The position numbers and the translations under genes were made by a program. A stretch of 64,000 nt of DNA from Setoptus koraiensis (taxonomy: Eukaryota > Animalia > Arthropoda), in NCBI GenBank assembly GCA_048013815.1, contig CM106586.1, forward strand, positions 9,548,001 to 9,612,000, in the 5' to 3' direction. The number at the start of each line of letters is the position of its first letter. The first letter of the stretch is position 1. Below are positions 1-11,901 of the stretch, piece by piece. The notes under the pieces were generated by a model. The model worked only from the letters and a program-made list of their open reading frames with translations. It was not told where the DNA came from and made no database searches.

Positions 1-1301
1 ACAAGACGAGGATCTTGAGGATATTGGTAGCCATGACCAGTTTGTTGCACTTGAATAGGTGATATATGAGTTTGTTGAGGTGTGGTAAATGGAGCATATC
101 TATTTTGTCTGACTGTTGGTGGTTGTCGTATAGGTCCAGGAGATCCAATGGGTGTCGCACCATAATTGCTGTAATTATCAACAAATTGACTTGGTTGAAT
201 ATTACCACCATATGGTACAGTGTATTGTGACTGAACTCTCAACCCTTGAGGTTGCCCCATGTAATTTTCAAATGGCTGTTGTTGACTATAAAAATCATTA
301 GGTTGATAGAAGTTTTGTTGCATCAATTGTGGTTGGGGTCGTTGTTGCTGGTAAGGTGGTATGAATGTAGAACCTTTGTTACGTTGCTGATTGTGAGTTG
401 CTCTATTATTATGACGGTCATTAGATCCTTGCTGACCCTTGCTATTACTGTTATTATTATTACTATTGTTATTATTGCTCGAGCGAGCCTGGCCAGACTG
501 ATAAATGAGTAAAAATGAGAAGTAGGATTAGAATTTGCAATTCGCAATCGTGCTTGTAGGAACCATTATATACATCGTGCATGTACTTACTACTTTTTGG
601 GCATTATCTGCCGCAAATTTAATCTCCAAAGGATTGTCACCTCCATCTACAGTGGTGCCTTTGAGAGCTTTGAGGGCATCCTCAGCCTCCTTTCTCAGGT
701 TAAATAACACAAAAGCCACCCCTCTACTGTTACCTAACACCCTGCACTGGATTATGTCGCCGAAAGGCTCAAATAGTTTTCTCACATCGTCTTGAGTCCA
801 AGAGTTAGGAACATTTTTTACATAGAGATTCGCCTGTTTGATATCCTGTCCTGCCGGTCTGGCGAAAGCTACTTTGATTTTCTTATTATCTAGCTCATGA
901 CCATTTAGTCCATCGATAGCGCGAAGAGCCTCGGCGTTTGTTTGAAAGTCGACAAAGCCGAAACCATAAGAGTAGCCAGTCACTTTGTGTCTGACAATTT
1001 TGGCCGTTTTAATAGTTCCATATTTTTCGAATAGTTTTGTAAATTCGGCATCAGTCATAGGTTGCGGAAGATAGTTAACAATGAGATTGGTCTTGCCATT
1101 GTTGTAACTATTATCGTTGTTATTATTCATTTTGTTGTTGCATGTCGTCTGGTGATCACTGTCGTATTCTAGATCGCCCTCATGATCGTACATGCCATTA
1201 TTGTTGTTGTTGTTTTTGTTTAGCGATGAGGAAACATTGTTGTTATTGAGCTCATGCCGTATATCTTCACATTTTACCGAGGAACCGTTAGCGGGCGCCA
1301 T
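1..1301 (-). CDS. Sxl: Sex-lethal/ELAV-family RNA-binding protein with 2 RRMs; exons 1301-591 and 497-<1, runs off the window
   Basis: TNLIVNYLPQ...GYSYGFGFVDF...ARPAGQDIKQANLYV...RGVAFVLFN...GGDNPLEIKFA parallels the Sxl RRM1-RRM2 pair. A GTAAGT donor at 590 and a TTTATCAG acceptor at 498 (93-nt intron) join to an open Q/P/N/Y-rich frame reaching position 1. Confidence 0.8.
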
Positions 1302-3150
1302 TTTGTAGCCGATGTTGGAATAGCATAAATGGCTAAAAGTGATTATTTGCGTCTAGGTGAACCACATAATATATGTCGGATTAGATATTTAGTAAAAACT
1401 ATAGCTTATTATTGTTTGAATAAATTTGGTAGTGATCTGCTAAAGGCGCTATGACTAAGACTAAAGGAACGTGCTCAATGGTTCAGAGCTTTCGAAGCAT
1501 CTTCTCATTTCTTCCCAACAGTTTCTCTTGTATTAAAAGCTAGCCGATAACGGGATTGTGATGGTACCAGAATTATTGTTTGGTGTGAGTGAACTGTTAT
1601 TGTGTAACTTTTGGCCCGTCGGAGATGAGAATAGTAACAGCCAGTTTATTAGGGCGAATCAACTCTGATTAAATTATGTATTATCATTTATGACGCTGTG
1701 CTCTATGTTTTGGATGATGCGACCGCGTCGACGAAAATAATAATAATGGCGGTGTTTCTCTTGGGCATGAATTATCTTATCAATAACAACAGCGCTCAAA
1801 TAATATCTCGCCTATATATGAACAGATGTATTTCTCTCTCGCTCTCTCTCTCTCTCAATATCTCCTCCAATGATTCTTTGGAGATCAATAACTGTAAAGC
1901 TACCAAAGCTAGCGATGGCCCGACGTTGGTTTGGCCTGATAAATGTCTCCCAATAAGACAGGCTAAAAATAATAACAACGAAGGAGTGTATCAATAGTGA
2001 TGATAATAATATGAATATTGGTTCGTTTAAAACTACGTGTGCATTACTAATTAAAGCAGTCCTCCTATTGATTTTAGCCCTTCAATTTTACGGACGGGGA
2101 GATCGTGTATAGCTCCCATGTACGGTACATGATGTACCCCTGCAATGGAGACAGCTCTCTTGCATTGTTGATACAGATTGTAAGCGCACTATTTATGCAA
2201 TATCATCCCAGGTTACCTTTTGAGAATTGCCGGCTTATTATATAAGATTTGCATTTAATCATGCGTTATGTGTTTGGTAACATGAGTAACATCGATAATA
2301 AACAATTCTGTGCTGCTGCTGTTGCTTGCCCAGTTCTGGCGCGCCAAATTCAAAGCCAAATTTTCTTTTTTTTCCATACACAACAACATACATTTTTCCA
2401 CACGACAGGGCCCGTAACTTTTGGGTAACGTTTCCCCGAAAGATAATTGGCCGCATTCCACCTCCGTGCCGGACAAGTTCCTCAACGAGATCCCTACGCG
2501 ACTCGCTTTTTCGCATCATTAACTTTCAGCAGTTGTCAGTTTGTCGCAAACGAATATTCCAATTGGGTTCGTTTCAGTTGCGTTCGAGGCTTCTAATCGC
2601 TCGGGTCCAAAGTCTCAATCCAGCGAACGCAGATTCTGCTTACATGCATCCCGTTCGCTGGGTTCCCCAGTTCGCTAAGCAACAGGACAACCCGAAGGTT
2701 GATTGGACGGCCAGTTCAGCTCACCGGCAGAGTTTACTAATCATTTGAAAGGTGAAATTTCTCAGTTGCCTGGCTCACCCATGGCATTCATTCATGTTGA
2801 ATGTCACTCATTTCTTTGTTCGAAACTGCTCTGGAACATACCCAATGGGAATGGAAGAAAGAGCTGACTTCGATCAAAGTATTTGAGTTTCGCAAATTGA
2901 CAATGCCACCGAGCGTTGTGCTATCCGATAGCAGAGTTGGGCCTTCTTTGAGCGAACGCGAATTAATGCGTTCAATGTATAAGTAGTGCGTGCATTTCTG
3001 CACTCGTTTCAACACCTATTGTATTGTGCACGCATACAAAATAATAGCGGTAATAGAGAATTTCGAAAGAGTTATAATTGCTTCCCAGAGCGAAAATCCA
3101 GCGAAGCGACAGTCAAACTGAAAGGATGGATATTGTATCCAAATTTGAGT

Positions 3151-3222
3151 CAACACAACAACAACAACAACAACAACAGCAACAACAACAACAGCAACAA
3201 CAACAACAATAACAGCAGCAAC
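3151..3222. repeat. (CAA/CAG)n microsatellite
   Basis: Run of aac/agc triplets read directly. Confidence 0.9.
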
Positions 3223-4244
3223 TATTCAATTGAGGCATGGCCGATAGTCTGAATCGTTTCAGCATGCCAATGGGGTGTTATTTATTAATTCTAATAAAGC
3301 ATACGAATCGAAATAGAATAGTGGTCAACATTATCTGGCAGCGAAGAAAAAAGAGAAGAAGCTCTCATGATAAATTCGGCAAATCTAGCAACAATCGATG
3401 CTGCTGCTGATGATGATGGGTGACAATAGAAGCATAATGGGTTCGGCTCGCTCAAGCCAATCGCCGTGTTGTTAGTGTGGCCGCGTCGCGTTTTACCAAA
3501 GTGATAAATCTGACACCTTCTTTATTGCGATGTCGATGTCAACATGATTCAGAACCGTGATGGAATGAATCGTTGCCAGTAGCTGTTGCTTCTTTCTTCT
3601 TTCGCACCGCACACAAACACGCACAAGATATTGTTGTTGTCGGCCAAACCGAATCGACCAATTCGAATTCCAGCAATATCCATGGCTTATGGCTGATCGA
3701 CTTGGTTGGCCAATGACGACCAACCTATAGGTGAGCTTCAGATATGGCCGATGTTTGTTAGCTGCCGAATCCTTTGTGCCTTAGTGCGTACCTTTGTGTT
3801 CGCCAGCAACAAGCCAGTGGAGGTGCAACTACACCCTACCTACTGTGTGAGCGGTGATTCTCTGGGCCAAAACATTTTAGCATTATCATCATTATCGGCC
3901 TAAATGAGTGTGAATACAACAATGCTTTCTGACACTTTTCGTTGGTGGTGTCCATTACTGATGATGCGACGGAATTTCAAATGGTCAGTTGCTGAAACTG
4001 ATGAGATTAATGCTGTATAATGGTGCCGCTGCATCGTTGTCGCGCGCGTGGTAAACATCAGCTATGGGGCGATCATGACTGGGTGCGGTGCAGTTTGGTG
4101 TGCTACTTAATGGTTGGGCCGGATAAAAGCAAAAATCCCAGCCAGGGTCCCGAGGAACAGCGAGATGGCGCTGCTGCTGCTGAGCTCTCTCTGAGGCGTT
4201 GTGACCAAATCACACGGGTCTCGATGTCGCGAAACTACGCTCTT

Positions 4245-4304
4245 GCCGGCCTTGAATGTGCCAGTCCCGAATACGCCAGCCCCGAATACGCCAGCCTCGA
4301 ACGA
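4245..4304. repeat. 15-bp minisatellite x4 (GCCAGCCCCGAATAC consensus)
   Basis: Units at 4245, 4260, 4275, 4290. Confidence 0.8.
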
Positions 4305-4901
4305 CGAAACGAGCGTGTCGCCATGAGCCGTGTTTCATGAATCAGCAGCAGAGACTGCTCCAATTTGTTGTTTGTCGCCCGATGTGTTGCAGCTAGATTG
4401 AATTGTCGCCTACAAGACTCTGGTGACACGAGAGTCGCCCATAGTTGGCCAGTTCGCTCAGACTGGCCACATTTGGCAACGTTTGGCCAGTTTCGTCGGC
4501 CACGCCGGCCGGACAGCCAGCGGATTTGGTGTGGTCAAGCAACAGTGTTTTGCATGTTGCTTGTCCGTGTCTGGCGATCGCACGCTATGACGCTGGTCTC
4601 ACAAACGACGGCATCATCACGATGTGATCACTTTAGAAGCTGTTCTTTTGCGCAACGTTGCAAACAACGAACACAAGTTACAACTGTTACCAATTAATGG
4701 ATTCTAGTTCAAATGCCGACAAAGAGCCGACTGGCCAGTCGACTGACGCACAGACAGCGGAGCGACAAGAGTGGACAAAACAAAAACTCTGGCCCTAGTA
4801 ATCGTAATTACAAAATGAAATTTGCATGATTGATGATGGTTCATATCGCCGGACAACGCCGGCAGGGCACTCTTGATTGGCCAACTTGATTTGTTGTTCC
4901 A

Positions 4902-4967
4902 TTGGCCGCTCGTTGGCCGCTCGTTGGCCGCTTGCTGGCCGCTTGCTGGCCGCTTGTCGGCCGCTGA
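4902..4967. repeat. 11-bp minisatellite x6 (YTGGCCGCTYG)
   Basis: Units at 4902, 4913, 4924, 4935, 4946, 4957. Confidence 0.85.
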
Positions 4968-7147
4968 CGAGAGACCCGCATCGAGAGATCGCTTTCATCT
5001 GACAATGATTGCGAGATGCGACCTGTCGATGCGTTAATGCGCCCAGCAAGTGGGCCGCAACAGTTATGCGTTGGCCGCGGCCACATACGCGGACTACGTA
5101 CAATGTTCAGGGAGGCGATTGTAGGTGCAGCAACATCGGGCCGGCTTGTGCAACAGGTGAGCCCATGTTGCAACACCTACAGACTCTGTAGTCTGTAGTA
5201 CACATACAGTCTATGGTATGGATGGGGCCATCGACCAACAAGCAGTCATTGTCGTCATATTATCTCACATCATACTTACGCTTGCTCGTGAGCGTACGGA
5301 TACATGCGTACACTTGCGATGCCGTGGCCGTCGATATCAATCTCGTGTTATTATCGGTGTTAGAATCTTTCACTTTGCAAATCTTATCTCCGCGCCGATC
5401 TAACGCTTTGGGAGTCCTGCGTCAGCTGTAGCTGTGACAGCGAGTTGAGCCGGTCGGAGTCGACCACAACAAGTGCCAACGCGGCTTGTTTTGGTCGACC
5501 GGGCAGCACTTGTTTTGTCTCGTGCAGATATGGATCCACGTCCAATATTATACCTGGCACATGTATATATAATGTAATATCAAATCGCAACGGCGACAAA
5601 CGACACTCGGAACGTGCCCGATTTGGCGCGAGATTGTCGCTCTGATTTAAGTGGACACTCGTCAACGTTGGATGCCCCCGCAAGTTGCAACAGCAACAAC
5701 TTGTGCCGGATCCGGCGAGATGCGCGCCGATAGAGTGGCAATTAGAGTGAATGTTGTTTCAACAGGTAACGTTGGCATTGTGAGCTGACTGGACGGGCAA
5801 CACGGGCGCACAAATAAGTGGATGAAATCAAGAAATGATTTCGGCCAGTGGCTGGCGTTGCCACGAGCAACGGTGCGCACGAACATGACACTGCGCGTCC
5901 CTCAGACACCTCTGAGCAAAACTGACCACTGGTCGTTGTGCGTGCAGCAGCGCCAGTTATGATGTTAACTGTTGCTTGTTGTTGCTGTTGGCTGCTGTTG
6001 TTGTTGCTGTTGGCTGCTGTTGTTGGCCGGCCGGCCCGTCAACCGGCCGTTCGATGGCTTCGATTGGGTACGTGCAAGTAGCAGCAACAATCGATTTTAA
6101 GTGTCGTCCTATTGTCTCGTGCGCGCTGTGTGTTGTGCGTCTGCTGGCAAACTCTCAATTTACCACACCAATCATCATCACGGCTACGTGCAGCCCATGT
6201 GTTTGCGGCCCATCAACAGCAACAGCAACAACAACAACGATCGCCTTTGTTGACCATTCCATCGCGTACGGCAGCCACTGGCCTGCATCGGTTGGCTTTT
6301 GGCCGCAGTTGGGCCGGCCAGCTCATCGGGCCTGTGGAACAATTACCGAAGGGCAGCAACGAAGAATCACACGTCTTTTGTTGCAGGCATCGAGCAGCAG
6401 CAGCCGTAGACGGCCACAAGAATGGGCTACAGCAGCGGCAGCAGCAGCAGCAGCAGTGTATAACAGAATTGAATAAATCTAAATTAATTGTTTTGTTGTA
6501 GGGTTCGCCAGCGGTTCAATTGTTGTACGGCCCATGTGTGCGCCGCTAGCGCACAATGCGCATTTATCCTCCTTCTTTTGCTTCTCTGATTCGTCAAACA
6601 CGACGAGTGTACAATTTGTGTCGCTCGTCGTGTTCTTTTGCATGGCCATCCAGCATCACTTCACGGCCAATAAATTGCATTTGCTGCACTGCTGTTGCTG
6701 CTGCTGTTGCTGTTGTCGTTGTTGCTGTTGTCGTTGTTGCTGCTGTCGTTCTCTTGTTCATGCTGACCACTAGCACCACGAACAGCGCCGCTATGGCCGC
6801 TTCTTCTCGTGGGATGCTGGCCCGTTTCGGCAGCAACATGGTGCACTCAACCAGCATGTTGTGCACCATGTTCAACATGCTGCACAACATGCGAGACAAC
6901 ACACGGACAACATTTACTACGCGCCCGTCTCGCATCCAGCGTCTCAACTTTATACGGGCCCCACTCACAAGTGGCGCTGCGAGCGGGCCCCTCTCGTTTT
7001 ATCTTTTATTCTCATTTTATCCGGCTCGCCAATGAGCGGAATCGAGGCCGATGGCGCCTAGGTGGCGCTTGCACGCGACACTCGCCAACGGTTCCCGCCT
7101 CGACACCTCGCTCGCTGCGCGAGCTACACGAAACTGTGCTCCAAATC

Positions 7148-7262
7148 ACTGGTCACTGTGCTCCGATTCACTGGTCACAGGGCGACTTACTGGTCACTGC
7201 GCGACTTACTGGTCACTGCGCGACTTACTGGTCACTGCGCGACTTACTGGTCACTGTGCGAC
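7148..7262. repeat. 19-bp minisatellite (ACTGGTCACTGCGCGACTT), about 5 copies plus one degenerate copy
   Basis: Three identical units at 7189, 7208, 7227; variants at 7148, 7170, 7246. Confidence 0.9.
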
Positions 7263-8301
7263 GCGACAATAATCGCACCGCCGCTAGGTGGCTGCCACTA
7301 GAGCAATTTGGGCCGCGCTCGCACTGTCCCCTGTCGCGCGCGGTCGACCTGTTGCGTCAGCGTCTCTCGTATCGCACGAGCCGCATGGCAGTGTATATAC
7401 TAACAGTTTCATGTGACTTACTGGGCCAGTTGTGGCCCCAGTGAGCCAGTGGGACGCAAACTGGCGAAAATTGCCCCTCTGGCCCGTGCGCGTCACTTTA
7501 GTCGGTAGCGAGAGTGTAACTGCGCCGCCAAGCGGCCGTCATCCGCGAGGGGCTCTAATTATGCTCTCGACTCAAGAGTTTCGAATCGTGGGCCGAACCG
7601 GGTACACCCAAGACTGAGTCCGGACTCAAGAGTGACTCAACTGGACATTGCGCTCATATAACACTCGCACAGTACAATGATTGTGCAGTGTACACTGCAT
7701 GGTAAACATCGAACACACTACAATCATTGTACTACAATGTGTAATTCGTGTTCTAAACTTTAGAACTTTAGAACTTAAACTGTGTGCGCTGGCCCTAGCG
7801 AAGGTGCGCGGCGAATTATATGTGAATATATGCGAATTATAGAGCGCGCACAATGTCCATGTTCGCTACCACATGAGCCACATGAGGCAACACACAGTGT
7901 TCGAAATTCGAATTCAAGCACTGCACTGCAACAGCCAGTACAAGCAGCGCTTACAAACAGCGCTTACAAACAGCGCCGGGCTGCGGGCTGTTGCTGTACA
8001 ACATCAATCGTGTTTAATGTTCACACCTAAATGACGTGCTGGGGCGCGCAACGGGCCCGAGCGCCTGCTTGCCGCCCCTCCTTGTCGCGTCTAATCCGAG
8101 TCGATGTGGCACACCGATTAGACACGCTCACAGAGAGAGAGAGAGAGAGCGAATGGTACATGCATGGTTTGCATGTTTGCGTCGCCCTGCCAGAGGTGGT
8201 GCGCACACCCGTTCCAGGGTGTTTCTGGGCTCTTTGGCGCACCGTTGCATGCAGGCGAAACCGTTCGCGACCGTGGGCACCCTGTACTTTCTGGTTTGTG
8301 C

Positions 8302-8350
8302 CAACAGTTCGACTGCAACAGTTCGACCGCCACAGTTCGACTGCCACAGT
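8302..8350. repeat. 14-bp minisatellite x3.5 (CMACAGTTCGACYG)
   Basis: Units at 8302, 8316, 8330, partial at 8344. Confidence 0.8.
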
Positions 8351-9220
8351 AAGAGACGAGGCTGCTTGTGAGCCGAGCCCAGGACACGGCTTAACGCTGC
8401 GTGCATGTATTATTGTTCGTCTGGTTGCAGTTGTTTGCGCATGCACACAGGGCCGCTCTCTATCGAATCTGGTATCGTGGTGTACAGCGTGCATAGCGTA
8501 CGGTACATGGCGATTGTGTATTGTACACAGTGTATAGCGACTCGCTATTAGTGAGTGCCCATTGGTGTGTGAGCGAACTGTTGGCTATATGCGCATTGTA
8601 ACAGATATACACGGTACACAGTGTACGCTGTGCGCACTGTGCGTGCCAGTTTCATCATCATGATGATTCGATCATTCGATTTGCGAACTTGTTGGCTGTG
8701 AACCAGCGAACTTGCGCCTTTTGCCACCACCACTGCTGCTGCTGCTAGTGCACAATCGAGTGAGCGACGCACAATAATTGATCAGTACCGGTTTTAGTGG
8801 ACACGACGACAAACCAAGTGGCGCTATTATTATCAGTATATTTACAATTTATGGCCGCCACCACCACAACAACAACAACGACAGCAACAGCAGCAACAAC
8901 AATACAAACAACAACAACTATATAAACAATCGCACGAGTTGCACCGCTGACCATTCGCTCGTCGGCACACATGCGCACCGTCATATGGTATTGCAAGCTC
9001 GAGCCAATCCTTTCACCTTGCACCAGTCCGCCAACCAGAATAATTGTCGACACCTCTATAAGACGCGACCATGTGCAACCAGTGGCTTCACAACCAGTTG
9101 AGACATCGCAGAGGCGACATCGCACCAACAACATTTAACGACACACTTGTGCAACATGTTTGACACAAAGTATATTTATTTCAGCCGAAATGTATCCGAA
9201 GCACGCACAACCATGAAAAT

Positions 9221-9304
9221 CCAGTTTTAATTCGCCAATTTTAATTCGCCAGTTTTAATTCGACACTTTTAATCAGACATTTTCAGTTCGACAGTCTCAA
9301 TTCT
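9221..9304. repeat. 14-bp minisatellite x6 (CCAGTTTTAATTCG), decaying to the right
   Basis: Units at 9221, 9235, 9249, 9263, 9277, 9291; lies just upstream of the 9395 ATG. Confidence 0.8.
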
Positions 9305-9394
9305 GCAAATTCGACCTCCACAATACACGCGAAGCAAATAATGACAAAATCAAAGTCAACGGCCAACCACTAACCAACACAACCAACAAGCAAG

Positions 9395-10360
9395 ATGCTG
9401 TCCAGCAAACTGTCATCGTTTCGCATCGTTATTGTTATTTTGAGCCTGCTCGTTCATCACATCGCCCAAACAACAGTCGCTGCGAATCCACTCGATTCGC
9501 TGTTGCAGGCACAGCAACAACAGTCCACCGAGGACGACACGGCTCCCCCCAGCGATTGCTACAACAGATGCGCCCAGCGACAAGATCATGCGCGCAAATT
9601 GATATCGGAACACAATCAAAAAATGGAACTTATTCCCAAGATCAATAACCGACCACAACAAGACAGAGTTCACAATAACAGGCCCAGAAACGCTAACAGA
9701 GACACACACAGTTATGCAGCAAATCGCGCTGCCGTCACCACCACCACAACTACAACCAGACGACCCAACCTGAGGGCGAATATTAATCAGAAAAGTCCAA
9801 AAAACAAGCCCATAACTAATTACAATCACAATGTTAAAGAAAGAGAGATATGTCATTCAGTCGATGCATTATTGGACTGTCTCAACTCTATTAAACAGGA
9901 TTGCAATGTTGATCTACAATTTCGTTCATCTTTAGCAGTTTGCAGACAATGGTCGTTTAAATTCAATTGTACCACTAGTCTGTTGGGAGTACCTGCTTCA
10001 AAAATAAAACCATTCGAGAATCTCATCAAATCCGCACCACCGTCACGAAACAAACAAAAGCACACTGCCAAACCAATAGATATAGAACCGGACCCGTTAG
10101 ATGATTTCAATCAAAGAATCCCATTCTCTTTGAGCAGGGTGCCAGAGACAAGGAGTTTCCGCACAATACAAAAACAAAAATTGGAATATAACTATACTCC
10201 ACCGAAAACAAGAGTCACGGGGCATCTGACCAAAATTTTGCCATCGCCTTATCAACAACATAAACCCACCACCAGTAACTCTAACCAGATACAAGTTCTT
10301 AATTCTTGCTTGTTCCTAGCTATGGTTCCAATGATAATCTCGCTCATGATATTGTCTTGA
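9395..10360 (+). CDS. Secreted, probably GPI-anchored protein with an RGM N-terminal-like domain (321 aa)
   Basis: N-terminal signal peptide and C-terminal hydrophobic tail. The motif C-x8-C-x7-C-x2-DL-x-FRSS-x11-NC has the spacing of the RGM_N domain. No GDPH or vWD region seen. Confidence 0.65.
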   Translation: MLSSKLSSFRIVIVILSLLVHHIAQTTVAANPLDSLLQAQQQQSTEDDTAPPSDCYNRCAQRQDHARKLISEHNQKMELIPKINNRPQQDRVHNNRPRNANRDTHSYAANRAAVTTTTTTTRRPNLRANINQKSPKNKPITNYNHNVKEREICHSVDALLDCLNSIKQDCNVDLQFRSSLAVCRQWSFKFNCTTSLLGVPASKIKPFENLIKSAPPSRNKQKHTAKPIDIEPDPLDDFNQRIPFSLSRVPETRSFRTIQKQKLEYNYTPPKTRVTGHLTKILPSPYQQHKPTTSNSNQIQVLNSCLFLAMVPMIISLMILS

Positions 10361-10546
10361 TGAGAAGGCAGGTTTGTTTGACACCACCAGACAAAAAGTG
10401 TGATAATATACACAAGAGTCCACAAGATGCTTGCGTATCTCACTGCTATTGATGCAACTATTTTTACTCAATTGTTATTTTTTGAATATTGGTTTTGTAA
10501 TGAAATAATAATATATAAATATATATAAATAAATCAAATATATCAG

Positions 10547-10741
10547 ATAATTGTTGCTGCTGCCATATGTACCGACTGGACTCTTGAATGTGGAGCATTC
10601 GGAATGTTCTGTAGATGCAGTAACGCGATCACACTCCGCATCGCTGATGTAACACTCCGATAGTTTCCTAGCAATCTCTCTATCAGCTACATTTCTTTGG
10701 TAATTCCTATCGTTGCCAGAGGCCGTCAAATGAGTTGCCTC
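10547..10741 (-). pseudogene. Diverged internal nicastrin fragment
   Basis: Translation THLTASGNDRNY...KLSECYISDAECDRVTASTEHS...PVGTYGSS aligns to TYLTAFGKDKNY...KLLECYLIDAECDLVTAATEHS...PVDTYDSS of the intact gene (~15705-15895). Same strand as the intact gene. Confidence 0.9.
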
Positions 10742-10799
10742 GTGAATTAACACATTTGGTTATCAGCCAAATAGTCTAGAGATAAAACTAAGAAAACAG

Positions 10800-11086
10800 T
10801 TTACTATGACATTAATCAACTAGCGGAATAGTACCTAGAGGCATGCATTGTGTGCATAAATTGTGTCAAAGGGATCACAGAACAGTTTGTCACTCGGTGT
10901 TTTATCGGCAGTAGCAATCAAGTTTTCAATCGATTGCAATGACCAACTTGCCTTCAGAATATTTAAATGAGCTTTTCTACAATTAATACATTGTAACAAC
11001 TTCGTTATTAGTTGAATGGTCAAGAAATAAAACTACAAAAATCGCTTTACTATGACATTGATCTACTCGCAGAATAGTACCTAGAG
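10800..11086 (+). repeat. 41-bp direct repeat pair (10800-10840 and 11046-11086) bracketing the Ago 3' relic
   Basis: TTTACTATGACATT(A/G)ATC(A/T)ACT(A/C)GC(G/A)GAATAGTACCTAGAG, 4 mismatches. Confidence 0.85.
10943..10986 (+). pseudogene. Copy of the last 13 codons plus stop of the Argonaute gene
   Basis: 10943-10982 is identical to 14729-14768 (40 bp); one mismatch follows, then the TAA is conserved. Confidence 0.9.
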
Positions 11087-11901
11087 ACAAACTTGGCTGA
11101 AAAAACGGAATTGTCTAGATTTTCTCTCGCTCTTTCTCTCCCCGAGTGATTTCTAGAAAGGTATCAAAAAATCACACTATCCATTCAAATCGCGCCCATT
11201 TCGTGGAGCTCTAGCATCACCATTGCTGGTTTGTCAAACTCTCTCTATGGGAGACGGATTCTGCTAGGCTTACGAAGAGGCACCTAGAGTGAGAATTGCC
11301 GATGTTCCAAATCGTACCTTGGAATATACGTTGCCGAATGACAGATTGCTGCAATATAAATTGTCAGGTCTAGAAGTTTCTGGAAAGATGAAAGAAAACA
11401 TATGCCAAGAGCTGCTCTGCATGTGTCATGTGATGAAAATATTGTCGATGTTAACCCTTCATTTACAGCATGTTAACGAAAGCAAGGCCATGTATCGCGT
11501 CACAATGAAAGAGATGACTCATAGCTACAGTTTATTAACAACAGTGTTACTTTTCAAATTTGGTGATTCATTTTTTTTTTCTGAATGCTAATCCTGGACA
11601 AACTCACTGTCCGATATTTAAAGCTGGCAACATGAATTTTATGAGCTTGTGCTATTCTTATACGTCTGTTGTTGTTGTTGTTGCGTTAGTAGGCGCGCCA
11701 CACATGAGAATCTCGTGACGAAATTCAGTTGATGTATAACACCGTAAGCGTTTCATCTGACGATATATATCCAATCAAGTCCTTAACTAATGCATTCCAA
11801 ACACAGCGAAATTCAGTGATAATCGATTAAACATCAATCAAATTATACTATTTCATAAGGGACATAATTACTGTCTCAATTATAAATAATATTCATTAAA
11901 T

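Noticed and set aside
2620-2661. 10-bp stem hairpin (CCAGCGAACG/CGTTCGCTGG)
   Set aside because: Too short for a pre-miRNA and expected by chance in 64 kb.
7148-7262. Repeat array as a possible CRISPR
   Set aside because: Units are directly adjacent with no unique spacers, and the context is eukaryotic.
3300-9140. Numerous 60-210 aa ORFs on both strands
   Set aside because: They arise from GC-rich, stop-poor microsatellite sequence (poly-C/A/V/Q translations), overlap in all frames and show no domain similarity.
11150-11591. Protein-like frames upstream of Ago (e.g. KITLSIQIAPISW...LYGRRILLGL and the 100-aa ORF)
   Set aside because: Possibly a decayed gene, but interrupted by stops and I cannot assign a family.
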